Counted from the stretch's first letter, positions 11,659-21,800 are shown. The stretch: 64,000 nucleotides of DNA from Sideroxydans sp. (GCA_029850585.1 JARCRQ010000012.1:6130-70129), one strand, 5' to 3'. Numbers and translations: made by a program. The notes: generated from the sequence alone by a model not told the origin.

Positions 11659-12870
11659 CGCGTCCTCTGGGTTTTAATTTCGTGCGCACTATACGCTTGT
11701 AGTACGCCTGCACCGCTGAAAAAGCCTGTGCCTATCGCCATTGCCGCGCCCGCCCCTGTCGCAGCACCTATTGTTGAAGCCCCCGTTATCACGCCGCTCG
11801 ACGTGCCGCTGTTGCCGTCCGTGACGGTCGCACCGATTATTGAAGAGCCTGCGTTGGTTGTGAATGCCAACGCGCGCGCGCATCTCGCGTTGTTGTTACC
11901 CTTAAATGATAAAAATTTTGGTGCAGCGGCAACAGCGGTGCAGCAAGGTTTTATGGCAGCGGCGAGTTTAGACAGCAGCGCGTTACCGATACAGGTGTAC
12001 AGCGTTGACGAAAGTCGTAACGTCGCCGAGCTGTATCGGCAGGCGGTGATAAATGGCGCGCGCGCGGTGGTCGGTCCGTTGACGCGCAAAGGCGTGGCGA
12101 CGCTGGCGGCAATGCCGCAGATTCCTGTGCCGAGCTTGGCTTTGAATAACGTCGAGGTGCCGCCCGCTGAGCGGTTATTTTTCTTCGGCATGGCGTTAGA
12201 TGATGAGGCGCGCAGCGTGGCGCAACTGGCGATGCAGCGCGATTTGCATAAGGTGATTGTGATTACGGGACACACGCCGCTGGCGCAGCGTATGCAGTTG
12301 GCATTTGAAGAAGCGTGGGTGGCAGCGGGTGGCAAAATTACCAGCGAGATTGATTTCAACGGCGATACCAGCGTCCTAAAAGGCTTGAGCAACACGCCCG
12401 ACAGCTTAATTTTTCTTGCTACCGATGCCGAAAATGCGCGCCACATTCGCCCTTTTTTACCTGCGGGTTTGCCGATTTATGCCACCTCGCAAATTTTTGT
12501 TGGCAACGAAGCCACGCTGGCAAATTACGACTTGAATGGCGTACGTTTTGTCGATATGCCGTGGCTGTTACAGCCCGACCATGCAGCGGTGATAGGCTTC
12601 CCACACAGCAGCACGCCGCTGTCGATTGACGAAGAACGCCTCTACGCACTGGGCATCGACGCCTACCAACTCATTCGCCTGATGATCGGACACAACGAAG
12701 CCGCCAATATGCCGCTCAACGGCGTGAGCGGCATCGTCCGTTTGCAGCAACATAATTTCTTGCGCAGTGCCGTGCCTGGCGTGTTCAAACAAGGACGCGC
12801 GCTATCGCTTGATGCAGCAGCGAAGCCCGACACGCAGATGTTTCCTGACCAATTCAAACCTCGTCCATGA
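11650..12870 (+). CDS. lpoA: penicillin-binding protein activator LpoA/LppC-family lipoprotein
   Basis: Lipobox LYAC, VVGPL and RLYALGIDAY motifs; synteny with rsmI and yraN. Confidence 0.8.
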   Translation: MQHRVLWVLISCALYACSTPAPLKKPVPIAIAAPAPVAAPIVEAPVITPLDVPLLPSVTVAPIIEEPALVVNANARAHLALLLPLNDKNFGAAATAVQQGFMAAASLDSSALPIQVYSVDESRNVAELYRQAVINGARAVVGPLTRKGVATLAAMPQIPVPSLALNNVEVPPAERLFFFGMALDDEARSVAQLAMQRDLHKVIVITGHTPLAQRMQLAFEEAWVAAGGKITSEIDFNGDTSVLKGLSNTPDSLIFLATDAENARHIRPFLPAGLPIYATSQIFVGNEATLANYDLNGVRFVDMPWLLQPDHAAVIGFPHSSTPLSIDEERLYALGIDAYQLIRLMIGHNEAANMPLNGVSGIVRLQQHNFLRSAVPGVFKQGRALSLDAAAKPDTQMFPDQFKPRP

Positions 12871-13211
12871 GTAGCCAAGGCGCACTGGCAGAGCAATTTG
12901 CCGCGCGCTATTTACAGCAGCAGGGCTTAATCCTCATCACGCAAAACTATCGCATCCGCGCGGGCGAAATTGACTTGATTATGCAAGACGGCGCGTGCTT
13001 GGTTTTTGTCGAGGTGCGGATGCGCGGCACAGCACAATTTGGCGGCGCGGCAGGCAGTATTGATGCGCATAAACAACGTCGCTTAATTCTCGCCGCGCAA
13101 CATTATTTAGCCAGCTTGCCGCGCCTGCCGCCGTGTCGCTTTGATGCGGTGCTGATGGAAGACGCGAGGGGCAAGGGTTTGCACTGGTTGAAGAATGCGT
13201 TTAGCGCGTGA
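12867..13211 (+). CDS. yraN: YraN family nuclease-like protein
   Basis: GEIDLIM, LVFVEVRMR, CRFD motifs. Confidence 0.92.
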   Translation: MSSQGALAEQFAARYLQQQGLILITQNYRIRAGEIDLIMQDGACLVFVEVRMRGTAQFGGAAGSIDAHKQRRLILAAQHYLASLPRLPPCRFDAVLMEDARGKGLHWLKNAFSA

Positions 13212-13262
13212 TTCGGTTAATATCCGCGCCCAATTTTTAGCAGCAACGAAGGAGTAGCAACC

Positions 13263-13853
13263 ATGATTGATATACAGGCGAGAATCGTTAAACACTTCCA
13301 AGATAGCGCGGAACTCAAGCTGCAAGTGATGCACGAGCTGGCGGAGCCGATTGCCGACGCGGCACAATTATTTTTTGATTGCGTCGCCAACGACGGCAAA
13401 ATTTTGGTGTGCGGCAACGGCGGTTCGGCGGCGGATGCGCAACATTTTGCCGCCGAGCTGATCAATCGTTTTGAGAAAGAGCGACCCGGTTTGGCGTGCA
13501 TCGCGCTGACCACTGACAGTTCGGTGCTGACTTCCATCGCCAACGATTACGACTATCAGCAAATTTTTTCTAAGCAAGTGCGCGCACTGGGTTTGCCGCG
13601 CGACACCTTGTTGGCGATTTCTACCAGCGGCAATTCGCCTAGCGTAGTCGCCGCGATTCAAGCCGCGCACGAACGCAATATGCGCGTGGTGGTGCTGACA
13701 GGGCGCGATGGCGGCGCGATGGCGCAAGCAATGCGCAGCAACGATATTTTGATTTGCATCAATGCAAAAAGCACCGCGCGCATTCAAGAAACGCATCTGG
13801 TTTGTCTGCATGGTTTATGCGACATCATTGACTATCATTTATTGGGCGAATAG
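13263..13853 (+). CDS. gmhA: phosphoheptose isomerase (GmhA/DiaA SIS family)
   Basis: [27 protein letters not shown] motifs. Confidence 0.85.
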   Translation: MIDIQARIVKHFQDSAELKLQVMHELAEPIADAAQLFFDCVANDGKILVCGNGGSAADAQHFAAELINRFEKERPGLACIALTTDSSVLTSIANDYDYQQIFSKQVRALGLPRDTLLAISTSGNSPSVVAAIQAAHERNMRVVVLTGRDGGAMAQAMRSNDILICINAKSTARIQETHLVCLHGLCDIIDYHLLGE

Positions 13854-14339
13854 ATGTATCCCTTGCCCAACTTTGAAGCCAAATTTTGCACCGCTGAAAA
13901 CTTAGCCGCGCAACTCGCCAAGCTGCCGCGTCCGCTGGTGTTTACCAACGGCTGTTTCGACGTTTTACATCGCGGTCATGTCACCTATTTAGCGCAAGCG
14001 CGCGCCCTAGGCGCATCCTTAATTGTGGGCGTAAACAGCGACGCATCCGTGAAGCGTCAAGGCAAAGGCGATGACCGCCCCATCAACGCCGAAGCTGATC
14101 GCATGGCGGTATTAGCCGCGCTGGAATCGGTCAGTTTAGTGATGCAATTCGATGAGGACACACCGCTCAATTTAGTGCTGGCATGTCAGCCTGACGTGCT
14201 GGTGAAGGGCGGCGATTGGCAGCCGAAAAATATCGTCGGCAGCAGCGAAGTGTTGGCGCGCGGCGGCACGGTACACAGCATTCCGTTTTTACACGAACGT
14301 TCCACCACCGCCTTATTAAAGAAAATCCGCTCGCTATGA
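13854..14339 (+). CDS. rfaE2: D-glycero-beta-D-manno-heptose 1-phosphate adenylyltransferase
   Basis: FTNGCFDVLHRGH, GVNSDASV, LVKGGD motifs. Confidence 0.9.
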   Translation: MYPLPNFEAKFCTAENLAAQLAKLPRPLVFTNGCFDVLHRGHVTYLAQARALGASLIVGVNSDASVKRQGKGDDRPINAEADRMAVLAALESVSLVMQFDEDTPLNLVLACQPDVLVKGGDWQPKNIVGSSEVLARGGTVHSIPFLHERSTTALLKKIRSL

Positions 14340-14728
14340 TTCCTACCGAAATTACCTTGCACCAAAAATCTCGCGAACTTGAAATCGCTTTTGACGACGG
14401 GGCGCACTACCGTTTGCCTTACGAATTTTTGCGCGTGAATTCTCCCTCCGCCGAGGTGCGCGGGCATGGACCAGGTCAAGAAGTGTTGCAAGTCGGCAAG
14501 CAACAGGTGCTGATTACCGAGCTCGCGCCCGTGGGTCAATACGCGCTGAAAATCAGCTTCGATGACGGTCACGACAGCGGGCTGTTTACTTGGGAATACT
14601 TAAACAATTTAGGCAAACATCAGGCGGCGTTATGGCAAGACTATTTGCGCCAACTGCATGTTGCGAATGAGAGCCGCGAACCCAGTGCGCACGTTGCCCC
14701 TGCCGCGCACACAGGCTGCGGTCACTAA
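14336..14728 (+). CDS. DUF971 / GBBH-like N-terminal domain protein
   Basis: [14 protein letters not shown] and [15 protein letters not shown] motifs; ATGA overlap with rfaE2; next to ubiE. Confidence 0.85.
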   Translation: MIPTEITLHQKSRELEIAFDDGAHYRLPYEFLRVNSPSAEVRGHGPGQEVLQVGKQQVLITELAPVGQYALKISFDDGHDSGLFTWEYLNNLGKHQAALWQDYLRQLHVANESREPSAHVAPAAHTGCGH

Positions 14729-14742
14729 TACGGAGAGTCAAA

Positions 14743-15474
14743 ATGAGCAAAACCCACTTCGGTTTCGAGACCGTCGATGAAACCGAAAAAGCCAAGAAAG
14801 TCGCAGGCGTGTTTACTTCGGTCGCCAGCAAATACGACGTGATGAACGACTTGATGTCGGTCGGCTTGCATCGCATTTGGAAACGCTATGCGGTGAGCGT
14901 CAGCGGCGTGCGTGAAGGGCAAAAAGTATTGGATGTGGCGGGTGGTTCGGCGGATTTGTCGCGCTTGTTTTTGAAAGCGGTGGGCAGCAGCGGACAAGTG
15001 GTGCTGACCGACATTAACAATGCCATGTTGCGCGTCGGCCGTGACCGTTTGCTCCACGAAGGCATTGCCACGCCAACCACGCAATGCGATGCCGAACATC
15101 TGCCGTTTCCCGATAATTATTTTGATTGCGTGAGCATCGCGTTTGGTCTGCGCAACGTCACGCACAAAGAAGCCGCGCTGCGCGAAATGCACCGCGTCAT
15201 CAAACCCGGCGGTCGCGTGATTGTTTTGGAGTTTTCCAAAGTTGCCAAGCCACTAGAAAAAGCCTACGACTTTTATTCCTTCAAACTGCTGCCGAAAATG
15301 GGGCAAATGATTGCGGGCGATGCCGACAGCTACCGCTACCTCGCCGAATCCATCCGTATGCATCCGGGACAAGAAGAGCTCAAACACATGATGACGGACG
15401 CTGGTTTAGAACGCGTTGAATATTTTAATTTGACGGGTGGGGTGGTGGCGGTGCATCGAGGGTATAAACTTTAA
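14743..15474 (+). CDS. ubiE: ubiquinone/menaquinone C-methyltransferase
   Basis: [28 protein letters not shown] motifs. Confidence 0.98.
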   Translation: MSKTHFGFETVDETEKAKKVAGVFTSVASKYDVMNDLMSVGLHRIWKRYAVSVSGVREGQKVLDVAGGSADLSRLFLKAVGSSGQVVLTDINNAMLRVGRDRLLHEGIATPTTQCDAEHLPFPDNYFDCVSIAFGLRNVTHKEAALREMHRVIKPGGRVIVLEFSKVAKPLEKAYDFYSFKLLPKMGQMIAGDADSYRYLAESIRMHPGQEELKHMMTDAGLERVEYFNLTGGVVAVHRGYKL

Positions 15475-15623
15475 CGGCGTTTTTGTTTGCCTAGTCGCCA
15501 TGTTTTGTTTTGCATCATTTGTTAAATCAACAAGGTACAAACAATGAACCAGCTTATGCGGCAAACCTGCTCAAGTTATACGGCGATATTGCCGTCGAAT
15601 ATACGTTAACCGTCGCAATCATC

Positions 15624-16382
15624 ATGACCGCCATAATCCTTATCGTTACCGCTGTCTCGCTCACAACATGGGCAGGATGGGCACTCTGGCGTTCTCCGTT
15701 GCTACTCATTCAAAGTGCCGAGGATGTGCAACCCAGAGGTTTCATTCAAAAGCAGGTACGCTATCAAACTTCATTCTTTGTGTTGGCAGTGGTTGTCGCT
15801 GTCCTTGCTAACTCGCTGGCTACTCAAGAAAGCGGAAAAGTGTTCGGCATTGGAGCGCTCGCATCTCCGATTCAAGCCGAGGCTTTTGGTTTACTCCACA
15901 TGGATGGTGCCTCTTGGCTACAGTTGGGCAGCCTGCTGACACTTGGTTTCGGTTTGTCCACCTTGGCATTGGTTTCTGCTTCTTTGCGCGGCATTGCCAA
16001 TTGGCCGGAATTCCTTAGAAGGTTTGGCTTGTGGGTTATCGTGCTGTCGGCGGTAAACGCGCTATCGGAAGAACTCATCTACCGAGGAGCGATAGTCGCT
16101 GTAGCCCAAGGGCTGTTGCAACCATCACAAATCGCGCTCTTGTCGGCAATGCTTTTCGCATTGGCACATATTCGAGGACAAGCCTCTGGCATCGCTGTTG
16201 TCGCAGGCTCTGCAGTAGTGGGTTGGTGTCTTGCTCATGCCGTGTTGCAGACTCATGGTTTGTTTTGGGCTTGGTGCGCACACTTTGTGCAGGACATCGC
16301 AATTTTTCTCGCTTTCATTGCGGCGATGGCTAACCCTCCGCTCAACATGGACGCGCCGAAAAGCGGCGCGCCAGTTAGCTAG
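15624..16382 (+). CDS. CPBP (Abi/CAAX) intramembrane metalloprotease, integron cassette ORF
   Basis: EELIYRG, FALAH, AHFVQD motifs; multiple TM segments; atypical codon usage; reads into an attC. Confidence 0.8.
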   Translation: MTAIILIVTAVSLTTWAGWALWRSPLLLIQSAEDVQPRGFIQKQVRYQTSFFVLAVVVAVLANSLATQESGKVFGIGALASPIQAEAFGLLHMDGASWLQLGSLLTLGFGLSTLALVSASLRGIANWPEFLRRFGLWVIVLSAVNALSEELIYRGAIVAVAQGLLQPSQIALLSAMLFALAHIRGQASGIAVVAGSAVVGWCLAHAVLQTHGLFWAWCAHFVQDIAIFLAFIAAMANPPLNMDAPKSGAPVS

Positions 16383-16392
16383 CACGTTAGAC
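16328..16392 (+). mobile_element. integron attC site (65 bp)
   Basis: R'' GGCTAAC, spacer CCTCC, L'' GCTCAAC, inner stem GGACGCGCC/GGCGCGCC, L' GTTAGC, R' GTTAGAC. Confidence 0.85.
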
Positions 16393-16450
16393 ATTTCGTA
16401 ACGAGCCATTCCAACTCTTGAAGATGCCATGAAAAATGCGATGAGAACTA

Positions 16451-16518
16451 GTAAGGCGCAATCGTTATTGCGCCGAGTGTTTCGCTGGTGCAATCCGCTA
16501 CGCTTATTGCCACACTAC
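16451..16518. repeat. inverted pair of GTAG-type REP-like palindromes
   Basis: GTAAGGCGCAATCGTTATTGCGCC on + and GTAGTGTGGCAATAAGCGTAGCGGATTGCACC on -. Confidence 0.55.
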
Positions 16519-16669
16519 GCCCCAACTAAAACACGATTGCGCTTTCCCTCTCTCCACCGCTCATCGCCAATCCGACACCGTTCGTCTGCTCATTTGCCGT
16601 TCATTTTGCCTTGCCAAAAACCGACCAATCACCTTGGTGTTTAGTGCGTCGCTCGCTATTGTGCGCGCC

Positions 16670-16755
16670 AGCAACATGGGGCAAAACCTGAGAAATCGGG
16701 TGACGCAAAACCTCCGGTCTTCACCTTTTTGGAAAGATAGCGGGGCTGCCATGAA
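16670..16755 (+). ncRNA. c-di-GMP-I (GEMM) riboswitch
   Basis: GGGCAAA, P2 ACCTGA-GAAA-TCGGGT, GACGCAAA junction, P3 CCTCCGGTCT...AGATAGCGGGG; matches the Vc2-type consensus. Confidence 0.88.
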
Positions 16756-16776
16756 ACCCTCTAAAGGAGGCGAATC

Positions 16777-17349
16777 ATGCATCTCGTTATCCTCGGCATT
16801 ATTCTCATTACATCGTTGGTGTCTGCCTCTAGAGTTTGCGCTGCGCCCGTCAATGGCAGCGCAAGCTCTGCCAACTCCTACGGCATCGTGGCGCGCATTT
16901 CTTCGGTGGTTTACAAGTTTGTTGAAGTGAACACCGCACCGCTTGCGGACACCACCAGCCAGCCTGTCGCGGAGTTGATTGAAGTGGAGCAACGCAACGT
17001 CAAAGCGAAAATTTTCCGTGTGGACAGCCGTATTTTTGCCAACACGTTTAGCAACACTGCGGTGGCGCAAGATTCGGCAACTTTTACCTTAAACACCCCG
17101 AATCGTGGGGTGAACAACGCTTTGTCCTTGGTCGGCACGGTGACGCAAACCGCCATCAGCAATGACACGACTAAGTTCATTCAAGTGTTGTCGTTATTGG
17201 TCCAACGCGAAGCAAAATTTGAGTTTGCTTATGTCGCACCGATGAGCCGTAACAGCCGTATCGAATCGCATCTTGATTGTCGCTTGTATAACGCTGGCGT
17301 GAGCAAAGTCGCAACGCTGGCACGCGTCGAGTATCGCGTTGAGTTCTAA
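16777..17349 (+). CDS. hypothetical secreted protein, possible small outer-membrane beta-barrel
   Basis: Strong AGGAGG RBS, signal peptide, amphipathic strands, C-terminal VEYRVEF. Confidence 0.7.
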   Translation: MHLVILGIILITSLVSASRVCAAPVNGSASSANSYGIVARISSVVYKFVEVNTAPLADTTSQPVAELIEVEQRNVKAKIFRVDSRIFANTFSNTAVAQDSATFTLNTPNRGVNNALSLVGTVTQTAISNDTTKFIQVLSLLVQREAKFEFAYVAPMSRNSRIESHLDCRLYNAGVSKVATLARVEYRVEF

Positions 17350-17560
17350 TTGTTAGTCACACTTAAAACCTAGCGCGACTCAGCGCAAGGTTCACGCCCA
17401 CCCCTCTGCTGCTGCCTCATCCTCGCTAAGAAATCGTACTTATTTTTTGCCTAGCAGGCTTTGCTGCCTAGCAACATCAACACGTTCGCTGCGTAGCAAA
17501 TCAAAAAGCCGCTATACTTTTAAGACGCACACTCGTGCCTCTCTTGCTAGGATTTTCACC

Positions 17561-18670
17561 ATGAAATACCCATCGCTGTGCCTCCTGATTTTGTTAACCG
17601 CTTGCTCGGACAAGCCCGCTTCCAGTCCCGCTGCGGGCACGCCTCCGCCGCCTGCGGAAGTTGAAGTAATGACGGTGGTGACGGGTGATGCCACGCTAAC
17701 GCAAGATTTGCCAGGTCGCTTGCAGGCGTATCGCAGTGCGCAAGTGCGCGCGCGTGTGGATGGGGTGATTGAGCAGCGTTTGTTTCGCGAAGGGAGCGAG
17801 GTCAAAGCGGGGCAATCGCTGTATCGCATTGATGCGCGTACCAATCGCGCCGCACGGGATGCGGCGCGCGCTGATTTGGAAGCGGCGTTGATGACGGTGA
17901 CGCGTTATCAAGCGTTGTTAGAAATTAAAGCGGTGAGTCAGCAGGATTTTGATTTGATGAAAGCGCGCGCCAAGCAGGCGCAGGCGGCGATGATACGCGC
18001 CGAAGAAGACCTCAATAATGCCCAAGTCCCTGCTGCGATTACGGGGCATATCGGGCGCGCGCTGGTCAGCGAAGGCGCGTATGTGAGCCGCACCGATGCC
18101 ACGCCGCTGGCGGTGATTGAGCAGCTCGACCCTATCTATGTGAACTTCACTCAGCCCAGTGCCGATGTGCTGCGCTTGCAGCAAGCGGTTAAGGCGGGCA
18201 AGTTGAAAGCGAGTCGCTCCGTGCAAGTGGAAGTGCTGCTCGAAGATGGTCGAACGTATGAGCATAAAGGCAAAATTTTCTTCAGCGATTTGAGCATCGA
18301 CCCCAGCACGGGCGCGATTGCGATGCGCGCTGAAGTTGCCAATCCCAAACATGAATTATTGTCAGGGCAATTCGTGCGACTACGCTTTCCGCAAGCAGTG
18401 GTAGAAAACACTTTTTTAGTGCCGCAACGCGCGGTGCAATCGGGAACACAAGGACAATTCGTGCTGGTGGTCGGCGCAGACAATAAAGTCGCACCACTCC
18501 CCGTGCAAACGGGCGGCATGTCAGGCGCAGATTTCATCATCGAAGCAGGCTTAAAAGGCGGCGAACAAGTGGTGATAAACGGTCTGCAAAAAGCCCGCGC
18601 AGGTAGCGTGGTGAAGCCCGTGCCGCTCGGTGGCGCACCTGTTGCCGCTGCAACTAACGATAAGAAATAG
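17561..18670 (+). CDS. RND efflux periplasmic adaptor (AcrA/MexA family lipoprotein)
   Basis: Lipobox LTAC, VRARVDG, LYRID, DPIYVNF motifs. Confidence 0.93.
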   Translation: MKYPSLCLLILLTACSDKPASSPAAGTPPPPAEVEVMTVVTGDATLTQDLPGRLQAYRSAQVRARVDGVIEQRLFREGSEVKAGQSLYRIDARTNRAARDAARADLEAALMTVTRYQALLEIKAVSQQDFDLMKARAKQAQAAMIRAEEDLNNAQVPAAITGHIGRALVSEGAYVSRTDATPLAVIEQLDPIYVNFTQPSADVLRLQQAVKAGKLKASRSVQVEVLLEDGRTYEHKGKIFFSDLSIDPSTGAIAMRAEVANPKHELLSGQFVRLRFPQAVVENTFLVPQRAVQSGTQGQFVLVVGADNKVAPLPVQTGGMSGADFIIEAGLKGGEQVVINGLQKARAGSVVKPVPLGGAPVAAATNDKK

Positions 18671-18815
18671 TCGAACCTCTCAAAATGCAGAATTTTGGGA
18701 TGAAGCGCAAGGAGCCGCGCAGCGAATGACGCGGGCATATCAGATTGATAGACTAGGAATGAGCGAGCACGCGACACAGCGGTTCGCCCAAAAAATGAAT
18801 TTTCAGAGGTTCGAC
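18670..18815. mobile_element. 146-bp MITE-like element
   Basis: About 30-bp imperfect terminal inverted repeats, both beginning GTCGAACCTCT; no ORF. Confidence 0.65.
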
Positions 18816-18819
18816 CAAA

Positions 18820-21800
18820 ATGTTTGCTAAATTTTTTATTAATCGTCCGATTTTCGCCTGGGTTATCGCGCTGATTATTTTGCTCGGTGGCGCATTGGCA
18901 TTGAATAATCTGCCCGTCTCGCAATATCCGTCCGTCGCGCCACCCGCCTTGTCAGTGAGCATCACTTATCCGGGCGCGTCCGCGCAGGTGGTTGAGGAAA
19001 CTTCAATCGCCCTGCTGGAACAAGAGATGAACGGCATCGAGCATTTGCTCTATATGGAATCCGCTTCAGAGTTGGGTAATGGCAGCATCACGCTGACCTT
19101 TGAGGCGGGCACGAATCTCGATTTAGCCTCCGTAGAAACGCAAAACCGCATCAAGCGCGCCGAGGCGCGTCTGCCCGAAGATGTGCGGCGTTTGGGTATT
19201 ACCGTGGCGAAAACTGCGCGTAATTATGTGATGTTTGTCGCACTGTTTTCACCCGATAAAAGTCTGGACGATGTGGCACTGGGCAGCTATGCCACTGCCA
19301 GCGTGTTAGACGGTATTCGGCGCGTGCCGGGCGTGGGTGAAGCCCTATTGTTCGGTACGGAATACTCGATGCGGCTGTGGCTAAACAGCGACAAATTGCA
19401 GCATTACAAACTCTCGCCAGCGGATATTGCCAAAGCAGTGCGCGCGCAAAACTCACAACTGGCAGTGGGCGAATTAGGACAAGTTCCTGCCGTGCCAGGG
19501 CAGCAACTCAACGCCGTTATTGTGACCAAAAGCCGCCTCTCGACACCCGAAGAATTCGGCAACATCATCGTCCGCACCAACCCAGACGGCTCATCGCTGC
19601 GGGTGAAAGACGTGGCGCGGGTGGAGCTGGGTGCGCAGGATTATTCACGCAACGCGCGCATTGACGGACAGCCCACTGCCGCGATTGCGATTCGTTTATC
19701 GCCGGGCGCAAACGCGCTGAGTACCGTGCGCGACGTGAATGCCAAGATGACCGAGTTGGCAAAATTTTTCCCTAACCCTCCCCCGCAAGCGGGAGAGGGG
19801 ACAAACGAAACGCTGCGCGTCACTCCAGTTAAAAGTCTTGATTGGGCGGTGCCTTACGACACCTCAAAATTCATCGACATTTCCATCAAAGAAGTGTTGA
19901 AGAGTCTCGCCGAAGCCTTGCTGTTGGTGGTGTTGGTGATGTATTTATTTTTGGAAAATTGGCGCGCCACGCTGATTCCCGCCATCGTCATTCCGATCGC
20001 CCTAATCGGCGCGCTGGTCGGGCTTTATTTGCTGGGTTATTCCATCAACGTGCTGACGCTGTTTGCGATGGTGCTGGCGATTGGTATCGTGGTGGATGAT
20101 GCCATTGTGGTGGTGGAAAACGTCGAACGCATTATGTCCACGGAAGGCTTGTCGCCGCGCGAGGCGACGCGCAAAGCGATGGAGCAAATTGTCGGTGCGA
20201 TTATTGCCATCACGCTGGTGTTGATGGCGGTGTTTATTCCGATGGCGTTTTTCCCTGGCTCGACGGGCGCGATTTATCGCCAATTCGCCGTGACCTTGGT
20301 GCTGACCATGATGTTCTCCGCCTTGATGGCGTTGACACTCACGCCTGCCCTGTGCGCGACCTTGCTCAAACACAAGACCGAAAATTTAGGCGCGAACCTG
20401 CTCGCTGGCGGCGGATTTTTCGCTTGGTTTAATCGCTTGTTCTCGCGCAGCACCAACGGCTATGTAAATCGCGTCGCCAAAATCGCCAAAAAACCAGCCC
20501 GCTATTTGCTGATTTACGCGGCAATTTTCATCGCGATGGGCTGGCTGTTTACCAAATTGCCAGGCAGCTTTTTACCCGAAGAAGACCAAGGCTATTTCAT
20601 CAACGTGATTCAGTTGCCTGCGGGCGCGTCTAAAGAACGCACCTTGGCAGTGTTGAATCAAGTCGAACAGTTTTACCTCAAACAAACCGAGGTCGAACAC
20701 GTTATCGGCGTGGCGGGATTTTCCTTTTTCGGGCGCGGACAAAACATGGCGATAGCCTTTGTGCGCCTCAAAGGTTGGGACGAACGCCCCGCTGCCAACA
20801 GTAGCTCAACCGCCTTGGTGCGTAAGGCGAACATGGCGATGTTCGGCATTAAACAAGCGATGATATTCGCCATCAATCCACCGCCTATTCCTGAACTCGC
20901 GGCATCGGGCGGCTTTGATTTGCGCTTGCAAGACCGAGGCGGATTGGGACGCGAAAAATTGCTGGAAGCCCGCAATATAGCACTGGGCATGGCAGCGCAA
21001 AATCCCGTGTTGGCGGGCGTACGTCCCGAAGGTCAGGAAGCGGGCCCGCAATTATTTTTGGACATAGACCGCGTCAAAGCGGAAGCCTTGGGCGTGTCCA
21101 TCACCGATCTGAACGACACCCTGCAAGCCACACTGGGCGTGGCTTACATCAATGACTTTGCGCGCCAAGGACGCATTTTGCGCGTGCAAATGCAAGCCGA
21201 GGCGGCATTGCGCAGCAGCCCCGCTGACATTTTGAAACTGTCGATACGCAACAGCCGTGGCGGCATGGTGTCGCTGGCAGAACTCGCCACGCCGCGCTGG
21301 ATGGTCGGCGCGCCCAAGCTCGACCGCTACAACGGCATCGCGGCGATGAAAATTTCTGGCGCACCTGCGCCCGGTCGCAGCTCAGGCGAAGCGGTTGCCG
21401 CGATGGAGCAAATCGCTGCGAAGTTGCCGCCGGGCATCGGTTATGAATGGTCAGGCACGTCGTTTGAAGAGCGCATGTCGGGTCAGCAAGCCCCTCTGTT
21501 GTTCGCCATTTCGCTATTCGTGGTGTTCCTGTGTTTAGCGGCGTTGTACGAAAGCTGGTCGATTCCCTTTGCGGTGTTATTGGTCGTACCGCTGGGTATT
21601 TTCGGCGCGGTCTTAGCAGTGACGTTGCGCGGCTTACCCAATGATGTGTATTTCAAAGTGGGCTTGATTGCCATCATTGGTTTGTCGTCTAAAAATGCGA
21701 TTTTGATTATCGAATTTGCGCGCCGTTTACAAGACCAAGGCATGGGCTTAATCGATGCGACGCTGGAAGCGTGCCGCTTGCGTTTCCGCCCGATTTTGAT

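Noticed and set aside
11628-12446. Long antisense ORFs (e.g. 11628-12446, 18151-18924, 22307-23089, 37995-38606, 42804-43433)
   Set aside because: Shadow frames opposite well-supported genes, with no motifs or RBS.
15490-15530. AGTCGCC and TTTTGTT resemble attI1; AAATCAACAAG recurs near 62205 on the - strand
   Set aside because: The matches are too short and there is no adjacent intI.
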